A DNA stretch of 63,978 nt, counting the filler, from Acidimicrobiia bacterium (GTDB lineage Bacteria > Actinomycetota > Acidimicrobiia > Spongiisociales > CAZKJJ01): the NCBI GenBank assembly GCA_046759765.1. It is 12 parts of 12 records of this genome, joined end to end, with 100 filler letters (N's around TTAATTAATTAA, not from the genome) between each part and the next. Parts side by side here need not be neighbours in the genome. Positions count along the whole stretch, not along the records: positions 1 to 5,839 come from JBHICV010000148.1; positions 5,940 to 11,598 come from JBHICV010000149.1; 10 more parts are not named here. One strand, given 5' to 3'. The notes beneath the pieces are model-generated. The model saw only the letters and a program-made list of their open reading frames with translations, had not been told where the DNA came from and did not search any database. Each line of letters begins with the position of its first letter. Within the stretch, counting starts at the first letter, position 1. The position numbers were made by a program, and so were the translations under genes. Below are positions 1 through 8,832 of this stretch, one piece after another.

Positions 1-718
1 AGCCTCGCCCGAGCCAAGGCTGCTGCGCCTTTGTGGTTCTCCCGCTGGCCGAAGGCCGACTGTGTCGCCGTGCCGATCTCCGCCGGCGCCGTCGCTTTTT
101 ACTCGGCCCCGAAGCGGGCCGGCGACCCGGGGCTGTTCTTCTTCAACGTGTCCCATCCGCAGTCGTGGACTCTGCCCTCGCTGGAGTTCACGACCTTTCA
201 CGAGTCGATCCCCGGTCATCACTTTCAACGGGCGCTGGCCGAGGAGGACCCCGACCTGCACTACATCCAGCAGAAGCTCTACATCTCAGCTTTCAACGAG
301 GGCTGGGCCCTCTACACAGAGCGGTTGTCCGATGAGATGGGCCTCTACTCGTCGGATTTGGCCCGCTTGGGAATGCTTCACGGTGACTCGCTGCGCGCGT
401 TCCGACTCGTCGTGGACACCGGCATGCACGCAAAGGGATGGAGCCGTCAGCAAGCCATCGACTACGGAGTGGCGCACACGCCTCACGATCCGCGCACGGT
501 CGCGGCAGAGATCGACCGTTATATCGGCTGGCCCGGCCAAGCACTCGGTTACATGATGGGCCGGCTCGAGATCGACCGGATCCGCGCCGATGCCGAAGCT
601 CGCCTCGGGGATGGCTTCGACATGAAGGGGTTCCACGAGGCTGTGCTCGGAGCCGGGACTATCACCCCTTGGAATCCTGGCTGAACGGGTCGACGAGTGG
701 ATCGCCTCGGTGGTCTGA
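1..718 (+). CDS. DUF885 family metallopeptidase-like protein (5' partial; +1 frameshift near 665-668)
   Basis: FHESIPGHH, EGWALYTE, RLVVDTGMH and EIDRYIGWPGQALGY motifs. Removing one C from ACCCCTT restores the C-terminus TITLGILAERVDEWIASVV*, matching the paralog at 46015-47691. Confidence 0.85.
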
Positions 719-795
719 GTTTCTTGTCAATCTGAATGCCGCCTAGCGGTATTGCGATTGACAGAAAACCCGCTTGACGCCGCTACGGTGCCGGG

Positions 796-2754
796 ATGCT
801 CACCGACTACACGAACATGACTCCCGAGCGGGCGATCGGGGTGGTTGACGAGGCGATCGTCGAGGGCGAGGCGCTCGTTGCAGCTGTCATCTCGGAAGAA
901 GGCGACCGCACTTACGAGAACACGATGGCTCCTCTTGACCGCTGCGTCATCGCCCTCACCGATGCCTACGGGGTCGGCGGTCACATGGCTCGGGTACATC
1001 CCGACGAGGCGGTTCGCGCCGCGGGCTCCGAAGCCGAGGAGAAGCAGCAGAAGTGGCTGGCCGACCTCGCCTTCAATCGTGACCTTTATCTAGCTGTCAA
1101 GGCCTATAGCGAAACGGCCGACGCTTCGGCCTTGGACGGAGAGCGACGCCGAAACCTGGATTTCTGGCTGCGTGATTTCCGGCGCGCCGGGCAAGAGTTA
1201 GGCGAAAAGGAACGTGAGCACCTCCAGCAGCAGCGGGCAGAGCTCATCGAGAAGCAGGTGGCATACGAACACAACCTCGATGAATGGGAAGACTGGATAG
1301 AGGTGACCCGTGACGAGCTTGACGGGCTGCCCGACACTTACATCGACAGGCTTGCGCCCGGCGAGGCCGAAGCTACCTACCGGGTGACCGTCGACTATCC
1401 GGAGTACTTCCCCTTCATGTTCGAGGCCAAGAACCGTGAGCTACGGAGGCAGCTTCAGTTCAAGTTCATGAATCAGGCCGCGGCGGAGAACATCCCGCTG
1501 CTCAATCAAGCCGTGGCGGTCCGCTGGGAGATGGCAAAGAGCCTCGGCTACCCGACGTTTGCCGACTACGCCATGGAGCTCAAGATGGCGGACCCGGAGG
1601 CGGTGGACGGCTTCTACGGCTCGATCATTCCCGGGCTAACCAAGAAGGCCACGGAGGAACTTGCTGCCTTGCAGGCACTGATGGATGAGGAGCTCGAAGG
1701 CGAGCAGATCATGCCCTGGGACTGGATGTACTACGACACCCTCCAGCGCAAGCGTGACTACGGCGTGGATGACAGCGAGGTCGCCGAATACTTCCCGCTA
1801 GAGGCGGTCGTGGCCGGGATGTTCGACATCTGCGGTGAGATGCTCGGAGTCGACTTTGTCGAAGTCGATGACCCGAAGGCCTGGCATCCCGATGTTTCCC
1901 TGTACGAGATCCGTGAGCGGACGAGTGGCGAGAGCATCGGCCACTATTACGCCGACCTTCACCCTCGCCCCGGCAAATATGGGCACGCCGCTTGCTGGCG
2001 ACTCCGGGCCGGTTTCCGAGACGGCGACAGCTACCGCCGTCCCGTGGCCACGGTGGCTGCCAACTTCACCAACCCCACCGAAGACTCACCCTCACTGCTG
2101 AAGCACGATGAGGCGCTCACGCTCTTCCATGAGTTCGGCCACGTAATCCACAACACACTCACCGAAGTCGAGACACCCCGATTCTCCGGTAGCCAGACCG
2201 AGCGGGACTTCGTCGAGGCCCCGTCACAGATAATGGAGAACTGGATGTGGGAGCCGGAGGTGCTGCGAAGCTTCGCCCGCCACTACGAGACAGGCGAGCC
2301 GATTCCCGAGGAATTGGTTCACAAGATGGTTGCTGCCCGGGACCAGAACTTGGCACTCAAGACACTTCGACAGGTGTTCCTAGGTCATTACGACCTCGCG
2401 CTCCACGGCGGCGAAGCACCGATGGACGCCGACGAGGCCTACTACGCCGTGGCAGGTGTTGCGCTGGTGCCTCCTCACCCGGGCGCTCATTTCGGAGCCA
2501 ACTTCGAACACATGATGAGCAACGGCTACGTGGCCGGCTACTACGGATATCTGTGGTCCAAGGTCTACGGGGACGACATGTTCTCCGTTTTCGAAGAGGA
2601 GGGAATCCTCAAACCCGAAGTCGGCATGCGATATCGCGCGGCCATCTTGGCCAAAGGGGGCACGGCTGACGGCCTGGACTTGCTCCGGGGCTTTCTCGGC
2701 CGGGAGCCGTCGTCGGAAGCGTTCCTGCGCAGGATCGGTCTGGCAGACAGCTAG
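796..2754 (+). CDS. M3 family metallopeptidase (thimet oligopeptidase / oligopeptidase A-like)
   Basis: TLFHEFGH zinc motif, DFVEAPSQIMENW, YYADLHPRPGKYGHAA, GYYGYLWS. Confidence 0.92.
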   Translation: MLTDYTNMTPERAIGVVDEAIVEGEALVAAVISEEGDRTYENTMAPLDRCVIALTDAYGVGGHMARVHPDEAVRAAGSEAEEKQQKWLADLAFNRDLYLAVKAYSETADASALDGERRRNLDFWLRDFRRAGQELGEKEREHLQQQRAELIEKQVAYEHNLDEWEDWIEVTRDELDGLPDTYIDRLAPGEAEATYRVTVDYPEYFPFMFEAKNRELRRQLQFKFMNQAAAENIPLLNQAVAVRWEMAKSLGYPTFADYAMELKMADPEAVDGFYGSIIPGLTKKATEELAALQALMDEELEGEQIMPWDWMYYDTLQRKRDYGVDDSEVAEYFPLEAVVAGMFDICGEMLGVDFVEVDDPKAWHPDVSLYEIRERTSGESIGHYYADLHPRPGKYGHAACWRLRAGFRDGDSYRRPVATVAANFTNPTEDSPSLLKHDEALTLFHEFGHVIHNTLTEVETPRFSGSQTERDFVEAPSQIMENWMWEPEVLRSFARHYETGEPIPEELVHKMVAARDQNLALKTLRQVFLGHYDLALHGGEAPMDADEAYYAVAGVALVPPHPGAHFGANFEHMMSNGYVAGYYGYLWSKVYGDDMFSVFEEEGILKPEVGMRYRAAILAKGGTADGLDLLRGFLGREPSSEAFLRRIGLADS

Positions 2755-2881
2755 AGGTCGGGCCGTCACCCGCTACCTGAACCCTCAAGGCGTGCTGACT
2801 AGTCACTTCGTGAGTTCGCAAGATCCACCTGTCGGATAGCTAATACGGAAGCGAAAATGCCGCCAGGACTAGCAAGGGGGC

Positions 2882-3097
2882 ATGCGGGTGAAGGGCGGTT
2901 CAAGAGGTCGAGAGTGGCTTCTGCGCGTATGGACCGAAATCCAACAGAGGGCAGGGGGGCAGCCGTCGGAGGGTGCGTCTCTCGCCGAGTACATGCTGCT
3001 CGTCGTCCTCATCGCCATCGTTGCCCTGATCGCTTTGCAGTTCGCCGGTGCTCAGAACTCCGAGATGTGGAGTGATATCGGGTCATCGCTCAACTGA
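2882..3097 (+). CDS. Flp/Tad type IVb pilin
   Basis: G|ASLAEY prepilin cleavage/Flp motif followed by a hydrophobic helix; exact start uncertain. Confidence 0.75.
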   Translation: MRVKGGSRGREWLLRVWTEIQQRAGGQPSEGASLAEYMLLVVLIAIVALIALQFAGAQNSEMWSDIGSSLN

Positions 3098-3105
3098 AGA
3101 CCGGC

Positions 3106-3438
3106 TTACCAGTCGATCAGGATGCACGTCTCGTCGCCGACCACCCATGCTCGATGTCCCGGCGGAATGAACAGGACGTCACCCTTCTCCGCGATGAGCT
3201 CGGTTCCGTCTTCCATCAGGTACCGGATCCGGCCTGACATCACGTACTCACGGTGTGTCAACGGACAGCTGCTGGCGCCCTCCGCGTAGGGCTTCAGGTC
3301 CTCGTCCCAACTCCATCCTGGCCCCAGCTCCGAGCGCCATACCTCCTCGTTGCCTAAATGGACCAGGAACGCCCTCCCGTGAACGAACGACATGGTCTCG
3401 TCGGCCTGGTCGAAACTGCTCTTTGTGATTCCTGTCAT
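3106..3438 (-). CDS. cupin domain protein
   Basis: PGWSW...SCPLTH..YVMSG and GDVLFIPPGHRAWVVGDE cupin motifs; ATG after GGAGG. Confidence 0.8.
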   Translation of the reverse strand: MTGITKSSFDQADETMSFVHGRAFLVHLGNEEVWRSELGPGWSWDEDLKPYAEGASSCPLTHREYVMSGRIRYLMEDGTELIAEKGDVLFIPPGHRAWVVGDETCILIDW

Positions 3439-3531
3439 GAGCCCTCCTTTTGTGATCACCGATCGCCGCTGACCCGAGCTAGCAACGCAGCTTCGGCAAG
3501 GTCGTCGTCAGTCAACAGTGACCACCTCCTT

Positions 3532-4890
3532 TTAGGGAATCGCAGCTACTGCGTAGAGCTGCCACTCGCCGGGCACGCCCTTCAGTTGATGGCTTCCTTT
3601 GGAGTCGAACTCGATGCCTGATCCGACCACCAGGTCCTTGACCGTGCTCGACACCATCACGCCGGTCTCGCGCTCAGCGTCGATCACTCGAGCCGCGATG
3701 TGGACCGCGAGCCCTCCGATATCCTCGCCGCTGAGCTCCACCTCGCCCGTATGCAGGCCGGCCCGAATCTCAATCCCTAGCTCGGGCATGGCCCGCTGTA
3801 GCTCGGCCGCGCAAGTCACGGCTCGCGTCGGACCATCAAAGGTGACCAGGAAGCCGTCGCCCCTCGTTTCGCGTTCTGTGCCCCGGTACCGGTCGAGGTA
3901 TTCCCTGGTCAACTGATCGTGGCGTCCCAGTAAATCGAGCCACTGCTGGTCGCCCATACGGGCGGCGTGGCCAGTGGAGTCCACGATGTCGGTGAACATG
4001 ACAGTGGCCAGGGTCCGGTCCGATACAGGCCGAGCTCGTACGCCTGTCAGGAATTCCTCGATCTCGTCGAGGACCGGCTCGGGGTCGGCCATCCAGAATG
4101 GGGACGTGTCGCCTCCGGGAAGCTCGACGAGCTTGGCATCCGCGATGTGCTCAGCCAGATAGCGGCTGTGTCCGGGCCGGTGATACGTGGCGTCCCGGCG
4201 GGAGATGACAAGCGTCGGGACGTTGATGTTGCCGAGTATGGAGCGCAGGTCCACTTGTGAGTACCAGCGCCAGATCATCGTTGCGACCCCAGGGGGGGTG
4301 GCGACCCGCTGGTAGTGGACCAGCCAGTCTTTGAGGTGCTCATCGTCGGCGTAGCCGGGCAATACCGCGTCGAAGAAGCTCGGCCGGTGGAGGTTGTCTT
4401 CCAGCCAGATCATTAGCCTCTCGAGGGTGACTTCCGGCATTCCGTCCGGGTAGTCATCGGCGCGCGTCCAGCGCGAGAACGCGTTGACCAGCACCAAGGC
4501 GGAGACCCGATTCGGGTAGGTGGCTGCAAAATAGAGGGCGGTGGGTCCTCCTTCGGTGTCGCCAACAAGCACCGCTTGATCGATACCCGCGGCATCAGCC
4601 ACCGAGCGTGCGTCGTCGGTCCAGTTGTCGATAGTGATGGCATCAAAGGGAACCGGATCGGAGATCCCGGTGCTGCGGTTGTCGAAGTAGGTCACGCGGG
4701 TGAAAGACGAAAGACGGTCGAAGTAGCGGGCGATGGCGGGCTGCTCCCACATCACCTCGGTATTGGAGAGAATGTCGGTGAAGAACAGCAGATCGCGCCC
4801 CCGGCCGAAGGTCTGGTAGGCAACAGATCCCTGCCCGGTGTCCGCATAGTGCGTCTCCGGTCGGTTCCGTAGCAGGCTCATCGACTGCAA
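3532..4890 (-). CDS. alpha/beta-hydrolase-fold + class III nucleotidyl cyclase fusion (LipJ/Rv1900c-like)
   Basis: N-terminal hydrolase fold (GDTEGG); C-terminal ATVMFTDIVDST, GDGFL, RAGLHTGE, DIGGLAVHIAAR, LKGVPGEW. Confidence 0.9.
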   Translation of the reverse strand: MQSMSLLRNRPETHYADTGQGSVAYQTFGRGRDLLFFTDILSNTEVMWEQPAIARYFDRLSSFTRVTYFDNRSTGISDPVPFDAITIDNWTDDARSVADAAGIDQAVLVGDTEGGPTALYFAATYPNRVSALVLVNAFSRWTRADDYPDGMPEVTLERLMIWLEDNLHRPSFFDAVLPGYADDEHLKDWLVHYQRVATPPGVATMIWRWYSQVDLRSILGNINVPTLVISRRDATYHRPGHSRYLAEHIADAKLVELPGGDTSPFWMADPEPVLDEIEEFLTGVRARPVSDRTLATVMFTDIVDSTGHAARMGDQQWLDLLGRHDQLTREYLDRYRGTERETRGDGFLVTFDGPTRAVTCAAELQRAMPELGIEIRAGLHTGEVELSGEDIGGLAVHIAARVIDAERETGVMVSSTVKDLVVGSGIEFDSKGSHQLKGVPGEWQLYAVAAIP

Positions 4891-5000
4891 ATTATCAGCC
4901 GGGCGTGGTCGCTTGCTGCCGCGGAAAACGCGCCGCCAGCACTATCGATCGATCGGTGCGTGTATTGTCCCGGGTTCCGAGCTGGAAAAGGAGGGATCAG

Positions 5001-5270
5001 GTGGCTTTCGGCATCAACACCTTCGAAGTAGAGGACTATGCCAAGTGGCGGGCGGTGTTCGACCGCGGCGACCACATACGCGAGGCCTTTGGAATACGGG
5101 AGGCCCGGGTCTTCCAGGACGCTAACGATGCGAACAAACTCACCGTCTTGGTCGAGGGGAACCAGTCCGATCTAGAGGCGTTCTACGGGTCGCAAGAGCT
5201 CAAGGAAGCGATGGCTGAGGCCGGGGCTCTGACCCCGCTCCAACCGCTGTTCGTCAATGAGGTCACGTAG
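5001..5270 (+). CDS. small dimeric alpha/beta-barrel (ABM-like) protein
   Basis: AGGAGG RBS then GTG; pattern VEDYAKWRAVFD...R...G....VFQD.ND.N and SQELKEAMAEAG. Confidence 0.6.
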   Translation: MAFGINTFEVEDYAKWRAVFDRGDHIREAFGIREARVFQDANDANKLTVLVEGNQSDLEAFYGSQELKEAMAEAGALTPLQPLFVNEVT

Positions 5271-5781
5271 AGCGCTGGGCAGCTTCGTTGACCTAAGCCT
5301 TGATCCCGCTTCGTTACCTGTCGGCCGGACGACAGTTGGGGTCTGCTTGGGAGCCCTGCTGCGTTGAGCCGAACATGATCGAGTATTGCAACGGCATACC
5401 GCGTGCGTTCCCCGCCCTGACTGGGCAGCCAGAATTGCCGGCGGCATCGTCATGATCGCAGGCGTAGCGCTGACGGCCACGATGCTCGGCGCGCTGATCG
5501 GGATCCCACTACTGCTCGGAGGTGTGGGCATGATCGCGGCTCCGCCCACGCTCCGCGGGACACCCTGCGCCCCATAGTCAAGATTTGAAGCCCGCACCTC
5601 CGTCCGCTGGAGCGGCTCTCTCAGGCTGGTGCTCTGGTCAGCGCGCCAACGCCCAAGGTGCGTATCTGTCTGCATCGAGGTGCGAGAACGTGCTTCGATC
5701 TACATGGGCACCCTCCGCTCTGACCGCTATCGAGCAGATCGGTCAATCGGTGGGTCCTCTCCGCGACCGGATTCAGCCAGG

Positions 5782-5831
5782 TGGTGGAGGTGACGGGATT
5801 TGAACCCGTGGCCTCTTCGTTGCGAACGAAG
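5782..5831 (-). tRNA. 3' fragment of tRNA-Ala(CGC), probable att-site duplicate
   Basis: Reverse complement gives anticodon arm CTTCG-TTCGCAA-CGAAG, T-arm GGTTCAAATCC and CACCTCCA-CCA end; 5' flank GGCCTGAT is not a D-arm. Confidence 0.8.
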
Positions 5832-5839
5832 ATCAGGCC

Positions 5840-5939
5840 NNNNNNNNNNNNNNNNNNNNNNNNNNNNNNNNNNNNNNNNNNNNTTAATTAATTAANNNNN
5901 NNNNNNNNNNNNNNNNNNNNNNNNNNNNNNNNNNNNNNN
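5840..5939. other. artificial contig linker (N44-TTAATTAATTAA-N44); also at 11599-11698, 17348-17447, 23072-23171, 28730-28829, 34357-34456, 39892-39991, 45364-45463, 50763-50862, 56127-56226, 61480-61579
   Basis: Identical 100-nt spacer with stops in all six frames; intervening contigs decrease in length. Confidence 0.99.
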
Positions 5940-7238
5940 CACGGCGTGAAAGGCTGCTGGGCTTCCGTCTTCACTTCGGATGCCTTGCGGCGGGCGGAAG
6001 CTACCGGCATCACGCCGGAGGAGATCGGTATGGGCGCCCTCGTTCAGCCCCAGATACAACCCGAATACGGAGGGGTCGCTTCCGTCGATTCTTCCGGAAC
6101 CGTCACCATCGCCGCCATTGCCGGACCCCCCGCCGCGATCGTGTCCGGATGGGAGCGGGGCCATGTCGCGGTCGTAGAAAGCGACGCACCGGTTCCGGCA
6201 AAGGCAGCAGGATCCGTGGGGGCGAAGCGTTTGGCCGCCGTGGCCCGCCTGTGCAGGTCAACCAAAGCCCTGATCGGCCTGGACCACATCGAGTGGGCAG
6301 AGGCCGACCGGCGGCTTTGGCTCCTGCAGGCCCAGGCAGGTTCGCCCCGGCCGTTCGCTGTCGAAGACGACGATCCCGGCCCCCGGTTTCCCGCCGACCC
6401 CGATCTCGGGTACTTGGGTCATCTTCTGGTGCGCTACCCCGGGCCAGTCGGGCAGCACGTGGTTCTCTCCTGGGCTGTTGGGTCCGGCCCCCTCCCCGAA
6501 GGCACCGACCCAGGCACCGTCGATACCAGCTGCATGCTGGTGCGGATTCATGAGTTGCAGGACCAACTCGTCGCAGAACGCTGGCCCGAATCCTCCGAGC
6601 CGGACGAGAGCGCGGACCAGCTCTTGCGCATGCTCGAGAGCGATCCACGCTCCGGCCTCGCAACACTGAGGTCTCTCCCCGGCATAGACGCCGGCAAGGC
6701 TGCCGAGCTCATCGGAAATCTTGAAGGCCTCGAGGGGACGTTGACGCAGTCGGGACGGGTCCCAGGCCCCGGCTGGCTGAGCCATCTCCGAAAGTCTGAA
6801 CTCGCTCCGGTCGTAGAAGGAACGCTCAGCTACCCCACCCGCCGAGTCGGGAGGGGACCGTGGGAGGCCCTGGTCTATCGCATCGTGACGGCGCTCGGGT
6901 CGGAGCACCGCGGCCAAAGGGCGACACCGGGATGGGGCGCCGGCCGTATCCGGCTGGTCAGAAGAGAGCAGGACGCGGATGCAATGCCGCCGAGGACGGT
7001 TATTGCCGCCGCCTTTCTTGTCAACAACCTCGCCCCGCTGCTTTGGGATGCGGCGGGCCTGATCACTTTCGGCGGCAGTCCAGGTGCCCATCTGTTCGAG
7101 GTGGCTTCATGGCTCGGGGTTCCGGCGGTATGTGGGATCGACATCGCGGGCGGCTCGCGCCATGTGGCGCCCCGGATCCACGGACGGCTGGGAGCCGTGA
7201 ACGGCGGGGCCGGTAGCTTCTCCGTCCTCGATACCTAG
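5940..7238 (+). CDS. PEP-utilizing-enzyme family protein (end of ATP-grasp domain + central domain + phospho-His swivel domain), 5' partial
   Basis: VKGCWASVF, MGALVQPQI..EYGGVA, IEWA....LWLLQA (PEP-synthase N-domain); GLITFGGSPGAHLFEVASWLGVPAV swivel motif. Confidence 0.78.
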   Translation, partial: HGVKGCWASVFTSDALRRAEATGITPEEIGMGALVQPQIQPEYGGVASVDSSGTVTIAAIAGPPAAIVSGWERGHVAVVESDAPVPAKAAGSVGAKRLAAVARLCRSTKALIGLDHIEWAEADRRLWLLQAQAGSPRPFAVEDDDPGPRFPADPDLGYLGHLLVRYPGPVGQHVVLSWAVGSGPLPEGTDPGTVDTSCMLVRIHELQDQLVAERWPESSEPDESADQLLRMLESDPRSGLATLRSLPGIDAGKAAELIGNLEGLEGTLTQSGRVPGPGWLSHLRKSELAPVVEGTLSYPTRRVGRGPWEALVYRIVTALGSEHRGQRATPGWGAGRIRLVRREQDADAMPPRTVIAAAFLVNNLAPLLWDAAGLITFGGSPGAHLFEVASWLGVPAVCGIDIAGGSRHVAPRIHGRLGAVNGGAGSFSVLDT

Positions 7239-7245
7239 CTGGTCC

Positions 7246-7767
7246 TCAAGAGCTCGACAACAGACGCAAAACGTCCACCGCTTCGGTGAAGTCCGGGAGA
7301 ACCGACGCATCCTCGGTTTGCCACCGATAACGAACCGTTCCCTCCCGGTCGATCACGAAGACCGATCGCTTGGCAAGGCCCTTATGGTCCTTCCATATGT
7401 CGTATCGGGCTCCATAAGCGGCCGCTACCCCCCCGTCCCAGTCTGAGAGCAGGGGAAAGTCGACGCCGAGAGATCGAGCGAACGCCTGCTGGGAGAAGGT
7501 GGCCGTAACCGCCACGGCGACGGGCTGCGCCCCCAGGTCTCGGATATCTGCCGTCCGGCGTCCCAACTGGGACAGCTCGCTCGTTCAATAGTCGCCGAAG
7601 TCGAAGACATAGAAGACAAGCAGCACCGGACCCTTCGTGAGCAGCTCGCCAAGATCCATTGATTCCTCGAACGTCCGCCTCAGGGTGAAGGAAGGCGAAG
7701 TGTCTCCGACCTTCGGGCGTGAGGGGGCTGCTCGAAACCGTCCGCCATTTGCCACCGTGTCCGTCAC
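7246..7767 (-). CDS. selenocysteine-containing peroxiredoxin (AhpC/TSA, AhpE-like), Sec encoded by TGA at 7585-7587
   Basis: ORFs 7585-7767 and 7246-7566 are in frame across one TGA at the peroxidatic position (VFYVFDFGDY-U-TSEL); downstream FPLLSD and KRSVFVIDREGTVRY motifs; no Cys in the protein; SECIS-like hairpin follows. Confidence 0.88.
7558..7576 (-). promoter_or_regulatory. putative bacterial SECIS element
   Basis: mRNA UGA-ACGAGCGA-GC(U)GUCCC-AGUU-GGGAC-GC: bulged U, 5-bp upper stem, loop G 18 nt after UGA. Confidence 0.78.
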
Positions 7768-7818
7768 CGTCGTCGACAGTCACCGAGCGTAGTGGGCGGG
7801 GCCTGACGCCCGTGAGGT

Positions 7819-8832
7819 ATGTTCCTCGTCGTGGCGGGCATCACCGTAGACATTCACAGCCATGTCGTGTTCCCGGAGGCGGCCGACATGGTGGCGGGAT
7901 TGATGGAGCCCGAAGACGATCCCTTCACTTTCTATGGAGGCGAGAAGAGCAATTCATACAACGCCGAGCACTTCCGACGGCTCCTGCCGAAGATGGTCGG
8001 TCCCGACGAACGACTACTCGACATGGATCGGATGGGGATCCAGATCGACGCGCTCTCCATCGGACCGTCCCAGTACTACTACTGGACTGAGCCGTCGCTA
8101 GGGGCCGAGCTGGCCGAACTACAGAACGACGGCATGGCCGGCATGGTGGCTGCCCATCCCCACCGGTTCGTAGGAATGGCGACCCTGCCGATGCAAGACG
8201 TCGACCGAGCCGTGGCCGAGCTCGAGAGAGTCATCTCCCAGCACGGCTTTCCAGGTGTCTCCATCAACACGAACGTCAACGGCAAGGACTACGACCACCC
8301 CGACTTCTTGCCCTTCTTTGCCAAAGCGCAAGAGCTCGACATAACCATCGTGCTGCATCCAAACGGGTTCTCGGGAGGTGAGCGTTTATCCGACTACTAC
8401 CTGATCAATGTGATCGGCAATCCCCTCGACTCGACCGTGGCAGTGAGCCGGCTCGTGTTCGGTGGCGTCCTGGAGCGGTTTGGCGACCTGAAGATCGTTG
8501 TGGTTCACGGAGGCGGCTACCTCCCCTTCTACTCCGACCGCATGGATCATGCCTTCGAGGTGCGCCCGGAATGCAGAGAGGCAATCAGCGCCAAACCAAG
8601 CGAGTATCTACGCCGGCTCTACTTCGACACCATGGTTTTTGGCGACACCAGCCTCGGGTATCTGGTGAGCCGCTACGGAGCAGACCACGTACTCCTGGGC
8701 ACCGACTACCCCTACGACATGGGCGAGACCGACCCGATCGGTCTGGTGAAGCGCGTCCCGGGACTATCCCCCACCGACGTAGACATGATCAAGGGCGGAA
8801 ACGCGGCGCGGCTGCTCCGGTTGAAGGACTAG
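7819..8832 (+). CDS. amidohydrolase_2 family protein (ACMSD/decarboxylase-like)
   Basis: VDIHSH, ATLPMQD, VLHP, HGGGYLP, LYFDT, GTDYPYDM. Confidence 0.9.
   Translation: MFLVVAGITVDIHSHVVFPEAADMVAGLMEPEDDPFTFYGGEKSNSYNAEHFRRLLPKMVGPDERLLDMDRMGIQIDALSIGPSQYYYWTEPSLGAELAELQNDGMAGMVAAHPHRFVGMATLPMQDVDRAVAELERVISQHGFPGVSINTNVNGKDYDHPDFLPFFAKAQELDITIVLHPNGFSGGERLSDYYLINVIGNPLDSTVAVSRLVFGGVLERFGDLKIVVVHGGGYLPFYSDRMDHAFEVRPECREAISAKPSEYLRRLYFDTMVFGDTSLGYLVSRYGADHVLLGTDYPYDMGETDPIGLVKRVPGLSPTDVDMIKGGNAARLLRLKD

Noticed and set aside
5386..5577. Small two-TM ORF
   Set aside because: Plausibly real, but the start is unclear and no family is recognisable.
5840..5939. Regularly recurring TTAATTAATTAA motif flanked by Ns
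   Set aside because: Artificial linker, not a biological repeat or CRISPR. Genes on either side of a linker are not real neighbours.
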